A DNA stretch of 64,000 bases from Actinomycetota bacterium (GTDB lineage Bacteria > Actinomycetota > Actinomycetes > Streptosporangiales > Streptosporangiaceae). The stretch is from the NCBI GenBank assembly GCA_003164955.1, contig PLRW01000247.1:81403-145402 (forward strand), written 5' to 3'. Positions 16,288-24,414 of the stretch are shown piece after piece. Position 1 is the first letter of the stretch. Each line of letters begins with the position of its first letter. A program made the position numbers and the translations under genes. The notes below the pieces were generated by a model. The model was not told the origin of the DNA. It worked only from the letters and a program-made list of their open reading frames with translations, and did not search any database.

Positions 16288-19200
16288 TTAGCTGACCGTC
16301 AGGGTGAAGGTCTGCGTGGCCGAGCCGATCGAGTTCTTGGCCGTGATCGTGAGAACGTAGGTGCCGGCCTTGGTCGGAATCCCGATCAGGGTGGCCGTCC
16401 CGTTGACGAGGTTGAGGTAGACCAGCCCCGGCACGCTGCCGGTGTGCGTGACGCTCGCCGCGGGGTAACCGACGCTGGTGAACGTGAAGGCATAGAGCTT
16501 CCCGTGTGCCACCGTCGCCGTCGCGGCGCTGGTGATCGCCGGAGCCTGGTCCACCGTCAGCGTGAAGGCCTGGCTGGCCGTCCCGCCGCTGTTGGTCGCC
16601 GTGATCGTGAACTTGTAGACGCCGCCCTGGTCGACTCCGGGCGTCCCGGCCAGGGTGGCCGTGCCGTTGCCGTTGTCAGTCCAGGTCACGCCCTGCGGCA
16701 GCGAGCCCGCTTCGGCCAGGGCCGGGGCGGGTGCCCCGGTCGTATTGACCGTGAAGGAGAAGCCGGAGCCGTCGGTGGCCGTGGCGGTGGCCGCCGAGGT
16801 GATCGCCGGGGCGCCGGTGACGGTCAGGACGAACGACTGGGTGGTCGTTCCGCCCGTGTTCGCCGCGGTGAACGTGACCGGGTAGGTCCCGGCACTGGCC
16901 GCTGTCGGTGTCCCGGTCAGCGTGGCCGTCCCCTTGCCGCTGTTGGTGAAGGTGACACCGGCCGGCAAGGCCCCACTGTGGGTCACGTTGGTGGTGTAAC
17001 TGGTCGGGCTGCCCACCGTGGTGACCGTGAAGGAGAACGCCTTGCCCGTCGCCGCGGTCGCCGCCGCCGCGCTGGTGAACGTCGGCACCTTGACCGTGCC
17101 GGCCGCCTTGACGGTCAGGGTGATCGTCTGGCTGGCGGTGCCGCCGCTGTTGGTGGCGGTGACCGGCACGGAGTAGGTACCGGCCGTGATCGCGGTCGTG
17201 CCGGACAGCGATCCGGTCCCGTTGCCGTTGTCGGAGAAGCTCACCCCGCCCGGCAGGGTGCCGGCCTTGAGTGCCGCCGCCGGGTAGCCGGTCGTGGCCA
17301 CGGTGAAGGTGAACGCCGTGCCCGCCGTCTCGGTGACGGCCGCGGCGCTGCTGAAGGCCGGCGCGTTGGTGACCGTCAGGGTGAACGCCTGGCTGGCGGT
17401 ACCCGTGGCGTTCTTGGCCGTGATGGTCAGCGGGTAAGCGCCCTTGGCGGCCGCCGTCGGCGTACCGGCCAGGGTAGCTGTCCCGTTGGTGTTGGCGGTG
17501 AAGGTGATGCCCGGCGGCAGCGTCCCGACGTGGGTCAGGGCCGGCGCCGGGGTGCCCGTGGTGGTCATCGTGAAGCTGAACGCCGTCCCCGAGGTCGCCG
17601 TGGCCGTGGCCGCGCTGGTGATGGCCAGCCCGCTGTTGACGGTCAGGACGAAGGCCTGGGTGGCCGTCCCCGTCGCGTTCTTGGCCGTGAGGGTCACTCG
17701 GTAGGTACCCTGGCTGCCCGCTGGCGGCGTGCCGGCCAGGGTGGCCGTGCCGTTGCCGTTGTCCTTGAACGTGACCCCGGACGGCAGAGCCGGGCTGCTG
17801 GTGGCGGACAGCGCCGCCACCGGGATCCCCGTGGTCGTCACCGAGAACGTCCCCGCCGAGCCGGCCGCGAAGGTCGCCGCGCCGGCACTGGTGATCGTCG
17901 GGGCCACCGGCGCCGGGTTCACGGTGATCGTGAAGTTCTGCGTCGCGTTGGAGCCGACCCCGTTGGCCGCCGTGATCGTGATCGGGTAACTGCCCTTGCT
18001 GCCCGCCGCCGGGGTGCCGGCCAGGGTGGCCGTCCCGTTGGTGTTGTCGATCAGCGTGACGCCGGACGGCAGCGTACCGGACTCGGTGATCGCCGCAGTC
18101 GGGCTGCCGGTGGTGGTCACCGGGAACGTGCCCTGCGTGCCCTCGGTGAAGGTCGCCGAGCCGCCGCTGGTGATCGCCGGCGCCGTGGGGGCCGCGTTCA
18201 CGGTCAGCGTGAAGCTCTGCGTCGCGTTGGGGCTCCCCCCGTTCGCCGCCGTGATCGTGATCGGGTAACTGCCCTTGCTGCCCGTCGCCGGGGTGCCGGC
18301 CAGGGTGGCCGTCCCGTCGCCGTTATCGGTCAGCGTGACGCCGGACGGCAGCGTGCCGGACTCGGTGATGACGGCCGTGGGGCTGCCGGTGGTGGTCACC
18401 GTGGACGTGCCGGGCGTGCCCTCGGTGAAGGTCGCCGAGGCCGCGCTGGTGATCGCCGGGGCTTGCGCGACCGTGATGGTCAGGGTCTGCGACGCCGTGC
18501 CGTAGCCGTTGACCGCGCTCAGCGGGATGGCGTAAGTGCCCGGGGTGGTCGGCGTGCCGGAGAGCGTCGCCGTTCCGTCCTTGTTGTCGGTGAAGCTCAC
18601 GCCCGCCGGCAGGTTGGAATCACTCCAGCTGGGCGCGGGATAGCCACCCGCCGTGGCGGTGAAGGAGAACGCCGATCCGGCCGTGGCCGTCGCGGTGCTG
18701 GCGCTGGTGAAGGCCGGCGCGTCACCGACCACGACCGTGTAGGTCTGGGTCGCGTCCGGGCTTATCCCGTTGCTGGCCGTGATGGTCAGGGTGGCCGTAC
18801 CGGTGGCGGTGGCGGTGCCCGAGAGCAGGGCGGTGCCGGTGCCGTTGTCGGTGAAGGTCAGCCCGGCGGGCAGCGTGCCCGTCTCTGTGATCTTCGCCGT
18901 CGGTGATCCCGTCGCGGTGATCGCGGCGGCCCCCGCCGAATTCAGCGTGAAGTTGGCGGTCGACCCGCTGGTGATGGTGGGCGCGGTCGCGGTGTTCACC
19001 GTGATGGTGAGCGCCAGTGTCGCGGTACTGGCCGAGGAGTTGGTGGCCGAGATGGTCACCGGGTAGGTGCCCGCCGTCCCGGCGGTGCCGGCGATGGTGG
19101 CGGTGCCGTCCTTGTTGTCCGTGAACGTCAGCCCGCTGGGCAGCGTCCCGGATTCAGTGATGGTCGCCGCCGGGGACCCGGTGGTGGTGACGGTGTACGT

Positions 19201-22173
19201 CCCCGCCACTCCGGTGCTGAAGGAGGCTGTGCTCGGGCTGGTGATGCTCGGAGCCTCGCTGTTGGTCAAGGTGAAGCTCTGGCTCACGCCGCCGACGCTG
19301 TTGGCCGCCGTGATCGTGATCGGGAAGCTGCCGCCGCTGGCCGCCGCGGCCGTGCCGGCGATCGTGGCGGTGCCGTTGCCGTTGTCGGTGAACGTGATGC
19401 CCGCGGGCAGCGCACCGGTCTCGGTCAGCGCCGGAGCCGGGGCGCCGGTCGTGGTGACCGTGAAGCTGAACGGGGAGCCCGCGATCGAAGACGCGGACGC
19501 AGCGCTGGTGATGGTGGGCAGAACGTTCTCGGTGAGGGTCTCGGTGGACCCGGTGCCGAGGTTGACCCAGTCCGACAGCTCACCGCCGTAGGCCTGGCCG
19601 AACGCCGCGTTGTTGACGGTCGTGCCGGTCGGCACGGTCACCGGGACGTTGACGCCGGAGCCGCCGTTGGTGACGGTGACCACGCCGTTGGTCTCGGTCG
19701 CGCTGACCTTCCCGGCGGTGCTGGCCGTGGTCCAGGCGGCTTGCTTGGCCAGGACCTGCGCCTCGGTGGCATCGGTCATCTGGGTGATCGGGGCCGTGCT
19801 GGTGTACCAGCTGTTGTACTGGCTCAGCATGTTGTCGATCAGGCGCAGGATGGTGTAGCCCTCGTCCTGGCCGCTCGCGTCGGTGGCCGGGCCGATCAGG
19901 TTGGTCTGGTGGGCGTAGCCGACCCGGGGATCGTTGTCGAGCACGTGGCTCAGCATGATGTGCGACTCGGAGGCCAGCAGGTCAGCCTCGGTGGCCGGCG
20001 TGGTGCGGCAGGTGGTCGCCGAGGTGTCCGTGCAGTGGCCGGTCTCACTCGGGAATTGCGTGCTGCCGAGCGAGTCGCCCTGCGCCACGTAGAGCGAGTT
20101 GTACTCGTTCAGCTCGTCGGTGAAGTTGTCGGCGTTGTAGTAGATGTTGCTGGGGTACCGGGGCGCCCCGAGAGCGGCCCCGAGCGAGTACTGCTGGGGC
20201 TGGCGGGAGGCGTCCTGGGCGAAGGTGGTGACACCCACCCCGGCCAGGGCGGCCGGCATGTTCGGGTTCTCGATCCCGGAGTGCTCGCCGGTGACGACCA
20301 CGGCCGGGCTGTAGTTGGTGAGCTTGTTCGCCTGGGCGAAGGCCTGGTCCAGCCCGATCTCCTGCTCGATGGAGGAGTCGGCGGTGGTGCTGGTGGCGGG
20401 CAGCCAGCTACCGGCGGCGCTGGAGCAGTCGATGCCGGGGTTGGTGGCGGTGGGGAAGCCCGGGCCCGAGTTGGGCGCCGCACCCGCTGTGACCCCGTTG
20501 TCGGTGAAGCTGTAGGTGGTCGAGGCCGTCGCCGCCGTGTTCTCTGCTACCTGGCCGACCAGCCCGTAGGTGGTCGAGCCGGGGTCCTCGCGGTACACGT
20601 TGTAACCCCAGAAGCCGGTGCCGCCGGTGTGGCTGGCCTCTTCCTGAGCCAGGGTGGGTCCTGCGGTGCCGTCGGTGCCGGTGCCGTTCGTGGCCTCGGG
20701 CCAGGTCAGCGTGACCGACCCATTGGCCCCGACGGTGGCCGCCTGCGGTACCGAGGGCTCCGACTCCCCGTATGCGGTGGCCGCGGTCACCTCGTAGTTG
20801 TAACCACCCGCGGCAAAAGTCCCGCCCGACGAGTTGGCCACCACCGAGGTGACGGCCTGGGGCTGCCACACGGTACAGCCGAGGAACAGGTGCGACCAGG
20901 TATGGGTCATCCAGTTGAAGCTGCCCTGGTTGGCGAGGAGGGCGTTGACGAACGCCGTGTCGTTGGGGGCGCTGGGGTCCGCGACCACGCCGGGATCGGT
21001 GTACGTGGCCCCGTTCTCGGTGACGCTACCGGTGCAGTTGGCGTTCGACGCGGTGGTGCAGGCGCCGACCGCGTTGAAGGCGAGGTTCAGCGTGATTCCG
21101 GTCTGCTTCTCCCACGCGACCACGTAGGCCACGTCGGTCGCGCTCATCTGGACGTCGGCGGGCACGCCGGTCGCCGATCCCGGGGTCACGCCCTGGTCCG
21201 CGACCGGGCAGTTGTAGTCGGGCGGCTCGGTCGCCGCGGGCGTGCACTGGAACTGCGAGCTCCACTCGTTGTCGGCGATGAAGAGGTCGTCGATGTCCTG
21301 GCCGAAGTAGTTGCGGTACAAGCCCAGGTGGGTGTCGTTGGTGACCCAGTTGATGAGCCCGGGGGCCAGCAGCAGCCACTGTTCCTGGGTGGCGTTGTAG
21401 TCAAAGTTCAGCGCCAGCTCCGAGACCCCCGCCTGGGGATCCGTGCTCGGGTGCTGATACACGCCCGCCATGGTGTCACCGGCCGAGTTGTTCAGGAACG
21501 ACGTGTACGGAGCCCCGGCGGTGACCGTGCCCGTGTAGCCGTAGCTGCCGGTGTCGAACGGGATCGGGCCCTTGAGCTCGGGGAAGGCGGCCAGGCCGGC
21601 GCTGGTCAGCGTGCCGGTGGTGCCGTCCAGGGGCCCGCCGGTCAGGTCGGTCACGCCCAGGGCGGGGGCGGGGTACATGTAGCCGTCCACCTGGCGCACG
21701 CCGAAGGTGGACTCGTAGGTGTCCAGCGCGCTCAGCTGGCCCGCGGCGAAGCCGTCGGGCGAGTCGGCGATGACGGCGCCGTTGTAGTTGCCCGTGGTGC
21801 CGCTGGACAGCGCGGGCAGCGTGACGGTCTCGCTCCCGTAGGCCCCGGTGGCCGTGACCTCGTCGTAGGCGACGCCCTCGCTCTTCAGGGCCGCCTCCCA
21901 GGCCGCCGTGGTGACGTCGGCCGATCCGCTGCCGATCAGCAAGATCTTCAGGTTCAGCGTCGGCGAAGTGGCCGCCGCGGCCACAGCGGCGATGGAGGCG
22001 GTCACCCCCGTCGCCGCCAGCCCGGACGCAGTCAGAACCGTCACCAGGAACGCGGCCAGCCATGCTGCCGCCCTGCTCCTATATCTGCTCAACGAACTTC
22101 CCCCCACGAAATCCGGGGAAATGCCCCCGGCCGCAGCACAGCCCCGAAGGCAGTGCAGTACTAAAAAGTGCAT
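16288..22173 (-). CDS. giant secreted protein: Agd3/CE18-like polysaccharide deacetylase module (with FN3-like insert) + 12 Ig-like (He_PIG-type) repeats
   Basis: 1961 aa. Signal/anchor segment AAWLAAFLVTVLTASGLAATG; the start may be GTG at 22107. Metal-deacetylase-like motifs GQDIDDLF (D293-D296) and MTHTWSHL (H424, H428). From residue ~886, 12 repeats of 86-93 aa with consensus APAITSA..A.F..G....F.V.TTG.P.....E.G.LP.GVTFTDNGNGTATLAGTP....G.Y..TITA.N..G.A.Q.FTLTV. No LPXTG motif. Confidence 0.8.
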   Translation of the reverse strand: MHFLVLHCLRGCAAAGGISPDFVGGSSLSRYRSRAAAWLAAFLVTVLTASGLAATGVTASIAAVAAAATSPTLNLKILLIGSGSADVTTAAWEAALKSEGVAYDEVTATGAYGSETVTLPALSSGTTGNYNGAVIADSPDGFAAGQLSALDTYESTFGVRQVDGYMYPAPALGVTDLTGGPLDGTTGTLTSAGLAAFPELKGPIPFDTGSYGYTGTVTAGAPYTSFLNNSAGDTMAGVYQHPSTDPQAGVSELALNFDYNATQEQWLLLAPGLINWVTNDTHLGLYRNYFGQDIDDLFIADNEWSSQFQCTPAATEPPDYNCPVADQGVTPGSATGVPADVQMSATDVAYVVAWEKQTGITLNLAFNAVGACTTASNANCTGSVTENGATYTDPGVVADPSAPNDTAFVNALLANQGSFNWMTHTWSHLFLGCTVWQPQAVTSVVANSSGGTFAAGGYNYEVTAATAYGESEPSVPQAATVGANGSVTLTWPEATNGTGTDGTAGPTLAQEEASHTGGTGFWGYNVYREDPGSTTYGLVGQVAENTAATASTTYSFTDNGVTAGAAPNSGPGFPTATNPGIDCSSAAGSWLPATSTTADSSIEQEIGLDQAFAQANKLTNYSPAVVVTGEHSGIENPNMPAALAGVGVTTFAQDASRQPQQYSLGAALGAPRYPSNIYYNADNFTDELNEYNSLYVAQGDSLGSTQFPSETGHCTDTSATTCRTTPATEADLLASESHIMLSHVLDNDPRVGYAHQTNLIGPATDASGQDEGYTILRLIDNMLSQYNSWYTSTAPITQMTDATEAQVLAKQAAWTTASTAGKVSATETNGVVTVTNGGSGVNVPVTVPTGTTVNNAAFGQAYGGELSDWVNLGTGSTETLTENVLPTITSAASASSIAGSPFSFTVTTTGAPAPALTETGALPAGITFTDNGNGTATIAGTAAAASGGSFPITITAANSVGGVSQSFTLTNSEAPSITSPSTASFSTGVAGTYTVTTTGSPAATITESGTLPSGLTFTDNKDGTATIAGTAGTAGTYPVTISATNSSASTATLALTITVNTATAPTITSGSTANFTLNSAGAAAITATGSPTAKITETGTLPAGLTFTDNGTGTALLSGTATATGTATLTITASNGISPDATQTYTVVVGDAPAFTSASTATATAGSAFSFTATAGGYPAPSWSDSNLPAGVSFTDNKDGTATLSGTPTTPGTYAIPLSAVNGYGTASQTLTITVAQAPAITSAASATFTEGTPGTSTVTTTGSPTAVITESGTLPSGVTLTDNGDGTATLAGTPATGSKGSYPITITAANGGSPNATQSFTLTVNAAPTAPAITSGGSATFTEGTQGTFPVTTTGSPTAAITESGTLPSGVTLIDNTNGTATLAGTPAAGSKGSYPITITAANGVGSNATQNFTITVNPAPVAPTITSAGAATFAAGSAGTFSVTTTGIPVAALSATSSPALPSGVTFKDNGNGTATLAGTPPAGSQGTYRVTLTAKNATGTATQAFVLTVNSGLAITSAATATATSGTAFSFTMTTTGTPAPALTHVGTLPPGITFTANTNGTATLAGTPTAAAKGAYPLTITAKNATGTASQAFTLTVTNAPAFSSAAAVTETAGTAFTFTVATTGYPAAALKAGTLPGGVSFSDNGNGTGSLSGTTAITAGTYSVPVTATNSGGTASQTITLTVKAAGTVKVPTFTSAAAATAATGKAFSFTVTTVGSPTSYTTNVTHSGALPAGVTFTNSGKGTATLTGTPTAASAGTYPVTFTAANTGGTTTQSFVLTVTGAPAITSAATATATDGSGFSFTVNTTGAPAPALAEAGSLPQGVTWTDNGNGTATLAGTPGVDQGGVYKFTITATNSGGTASQAFTLTVDQAPAITSAATATVAHGKLYAFTFTSVGYPAASVTHTGSVPGLVYLNLVNGTATLIGIPTKAGTYVLTITAKNSIGSATQTFTLTVS
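16291..19518. repeat. coding tandem repeat array (12 units of 258-279 nt) inside the giant gene
   Basis: Repeat boundaries counted on the protein (residues 886-1961). Units 5 and 6 (17905-18462) are near-identical. Confidence 0.85.
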
Positions 22174-22489
22174 AGTTTTACTAACGGGCAGATCGCCCGT
22201 ACCTATGGCTTACATCAGAAGAGACGCCTACCCGGTCATGCCGGGTTACGGCGTTAGCCAAGATAGTTTTTCCCATTGATATGCCGACCTGTCTCCACCG
22301 TCCCGGAAAACCCGGCTGCTACGGGAAAAAATTACCGGCCGCCAGCATTAGCCGCTTTCTAATTGTTACCGAGATCACAGCGCCGGCACCGCCCCGCGCC
22401 CGCGGCCCAGGTGGTGGCGGGCGACCCGGAAATCGCGCCGGAATGGGTGGCGGTTTCACGGACGCCGAGCTGGATTCGTGACAACCTGC

Positions 22490-22690
22490 ACGCGATTGAT
22501 TACGTAATGCAACATGACCTGCCGCGCCTCTCGCGGACACTGGGCTGCATCAATGACAATCAGCACACAATCAATTACCTAGCGCAACATGACGCAGCGC
22601 GCCTTTCGCGGACACTGAACTGTATTAATAACAATACGCATGTGATTGATTACCTAATGCAACATGGCCTAACGTGCCCACGGCCCTGTC
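22490..22690. repeat. 75-bp tandem repeat, about 2.7 copies, in low-GC DNA upstream of the giant gene
   Basis: The ATTAC[GC]T core recurs at 22509, 22584 and 22659 (period 75). Each unit has GATTGATTACSTAATGCAACATG and CGCGCCTYTCGCGGACACTG. Confidence 0.9.
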
Positions 22691-22871
22691 GTGCGGACGG
22701 CTGGCGCGGGTAGACCGCCACTGCGGTGTGATCACCGGGCCCGGGCGGCCATCCGGGCACCGCGCCACGAGTACGCCTGCCCGGCACACCCGGGGCCGAT
22801 TCGTTACGTGAAATCGGCACTAACTAGTAACTGTCATGGTATTAGGGGACAGTGCCATCTCCCGCTTTACT

Positions 22872-22912
22872 GGGCGCATAAAAGCCTGCGATCGGGCGCA
22901 TAAAAGCCTGCG
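22872..22912. repeat. 19-bp direct repeat x2 (period 22) just 3' of dprE1
   Basis: GGGCGCATAAAAGCCTGCG at 22872-22890 and 22894-22912. Confidence 0.85.
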
Positions 22913-22938
22913 GTTAAAGGAAAACCCGCCGGCCGCGG

Positions 22939-24300
22939 TCACAGTCCCAGGCGGCGGGACAGATCAGAGGCGAGCCTTCCTTCCGGGTCGAGCCCGGCGC
23001 GGAACTGCCGGAATTCCGGCAGCCGCGGATACATCTGGGCCAGCACATCGGGCGGCACGCGCGAGTCCTTCGCCAGGTAGACACGGCCGCCGGCGTCCAC
23101 GACGAGCCGGTCGAGCCGGTCCAGCAGGCCGGCCAGCGCCGGGGTGCGGGCGGGGAAGTCGAGCGCGAGCGTCCAGCCGGCCAGCGGAAACGACAGCAGA
23201 CCCGGGTCTGCTGCCCCGAAGCGTTTGAGCACGGTCACGAACGACGGCGCCCTCGCCGCGCTGACCAGCTCGAACGAGCGGCGCACGGCGGCCTCCTGGC
23301 CGAACGGGACCACGTACTGGTATTGCCGGAACCCGCCCGGCCCGTAGACGCGGTTCCAGTTCCTGATGCCGTCGAGCGGGTGGAAAAACGTCCCGATGGT
23401 CTGCAGCTCCCCGGTACGGTGCCGCGGCGCCTTGCGGTACCACGCCTCGTTGGCCAGGGCCACCGTGTAGCGGTTGATCAGCCCGGGCGGGAACGGGGAC
23501 GGCACCCCGAGGCGGGCGCCGGGACGGAACGCGAACGGGTCCGCCTTCTCCGCGGCCGGGAGATCGGCCAGCTCGGCGAAGTCGCCGCTGGTGATCACCG
23601 AGCGGCCGAGGCCCGCGCCCCGGGCCATGCTGTCCGACCAGGCCACCGTGTAGCCGTAACTGCGGTCGTGCTCGGTCAGCACGGCCATGGTCTCGTCGAT
23701 GTCAGCGGTGCGTACGGTGTCCACCCGGACCCGGGACGTGGCCACCCGCTTCAGCTGCACCGTGGCCCGCAGGATGAGGCCGGTCAGGCCCATGCCACCC
23801 GCGGTCGCCCAGAACAGGGCAGGATCGCCCTCGCTGGTCACCGTGCGCAGCTCGCCGCCGGGCAGCATCAGGTCGAAGGAACGTACGTGCCTGGCGAAAC
23901 TGCCCGCCACGTGATGGTTCTTGCCGTGCACGTCCGCCGCGATGGCGCCGCCGATGGTGACCTGCCGGGTACCGGGAGACACCGGGACGAACCAGCCGGC
24001 CGGCAGCCCGGCCACCATGAGCTGCTCCAGGCTGACGCCGGCTTCGCAGGTCGCCAGCCCGCTGACCGGATCGAGCTCGGTGATCCGGCTGAGCCGGGCG
24101 GTGGAAACGACCACCCCGCCGCCGCATTGGGCCGCATTGTTGTAGCTGCGGCCCAGGCCCCGCGCGATCAGGCCGCGCGCCGGTCCCGCCGCCTCGAGCA
24201 GCGTTTCCGCATCGCCAGGGCCGGACGGCTCGGCCAGCTCGGCGGAGGATGGCGCGATCCGGCCCCAGCCGGTCAGTGTGACGGTTTGGCCCATGGGCAC
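22939..24300 (-). CDS. dprE1: decaprenylphosphoryl-beta-D-ribose 2'-oxidase (DprE1) orthologue, FAD-dependent
   Basis: 453 aa, collinear with my recollection of M. tuberculosis DprE1: LTGWGR.APS, ARGLGRSY.N.AQ.GGG, PGTRQVT.GGAIA.D.HGKNHH.AGSF, LFWAT.GG.GLTG.I.RAT, YQ..VP, SFP..GW...DFP, LY.AKDSR. Confidence 0.85.
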   Translation of the reverse strand: MPMGQTVTLTGWGRIAPSSAELAEPSGPGDAETLLEAAGPARGLIARGLGRSYNNAAQCGGGVVVSTARLSRITELDPVSGLATCEAGVSLEQLMVAGLPAGWFVPVSPGTRQVTIGGAIAADVHGKNHHVAGSFARHVRSFDLMLPGGELRTVTSEGDPALFWATAGGMGLTGLILRATVQLKRVATSRVRVDTVRTADIDETMAVLTEHDRSYGYTVAWSDSMARGAGLGRSVITSGDFAELADLPAAEKADPFAFRPGARLGVPSPFPPGLINRYTVALANEAWYRKAPRHRTGELQTIGTFFHPLDGIRNWNRVYGPGGFRQYQYVVPFGQEAAVRRSFELVSAARAPSFVTVLKRFGAADPGLLSFPLAGWTLALDFPARTPALAGLLDRLDRLVVDAGGRVYLAKDSRVPPDVLAQMYPRLPEFRQFRAGLDPEGRLASDLSRRLGL

Positions 24301-24414
24301 CGGATACTATCCGTGTCCCGCGCCCCGTCCCGGCTCGCGGGTGGGAAATGACCGCTCAGGCGGGACCGATTTCGTTCGGCAAATCACGTGATGTCCGGAG
24401 CGTAATCTTCCGTC

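Noticed and set aside
16177-22164. Very long plus-strand ORFs (16177..18906, 909 aa; 19741..22164, 807 aa) and many 60-170-aa ORFs opposite the giant gene
   Set aside because: They are antisense to a CDS with clear domain and repeat structure. Their translations are Arg/Gly/Pro/Ala-rich low-complexity sequence, typical of stop-poor non-coding frames in high-GC DNA.
22490-22690. Tandem repeat arrays (here and at 29581-29648, 39991-40090 and 60690-60761) as possible CRISPR arrays
   Set aside because: The units abut each other with no unique spacers. They are short or few, and no cas genes are present.
22363-22713. The 116-aa ORF covering the 75-bp tandem repeats, considered as a real repeat protein
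   Set aside because: GC and GC3 are far below those of genuine genes here. There is no RBS, and the N-terminal part is Arg/Pro junk. I keep it only as a caveat in the repeat finding because the period is a multiple of three.
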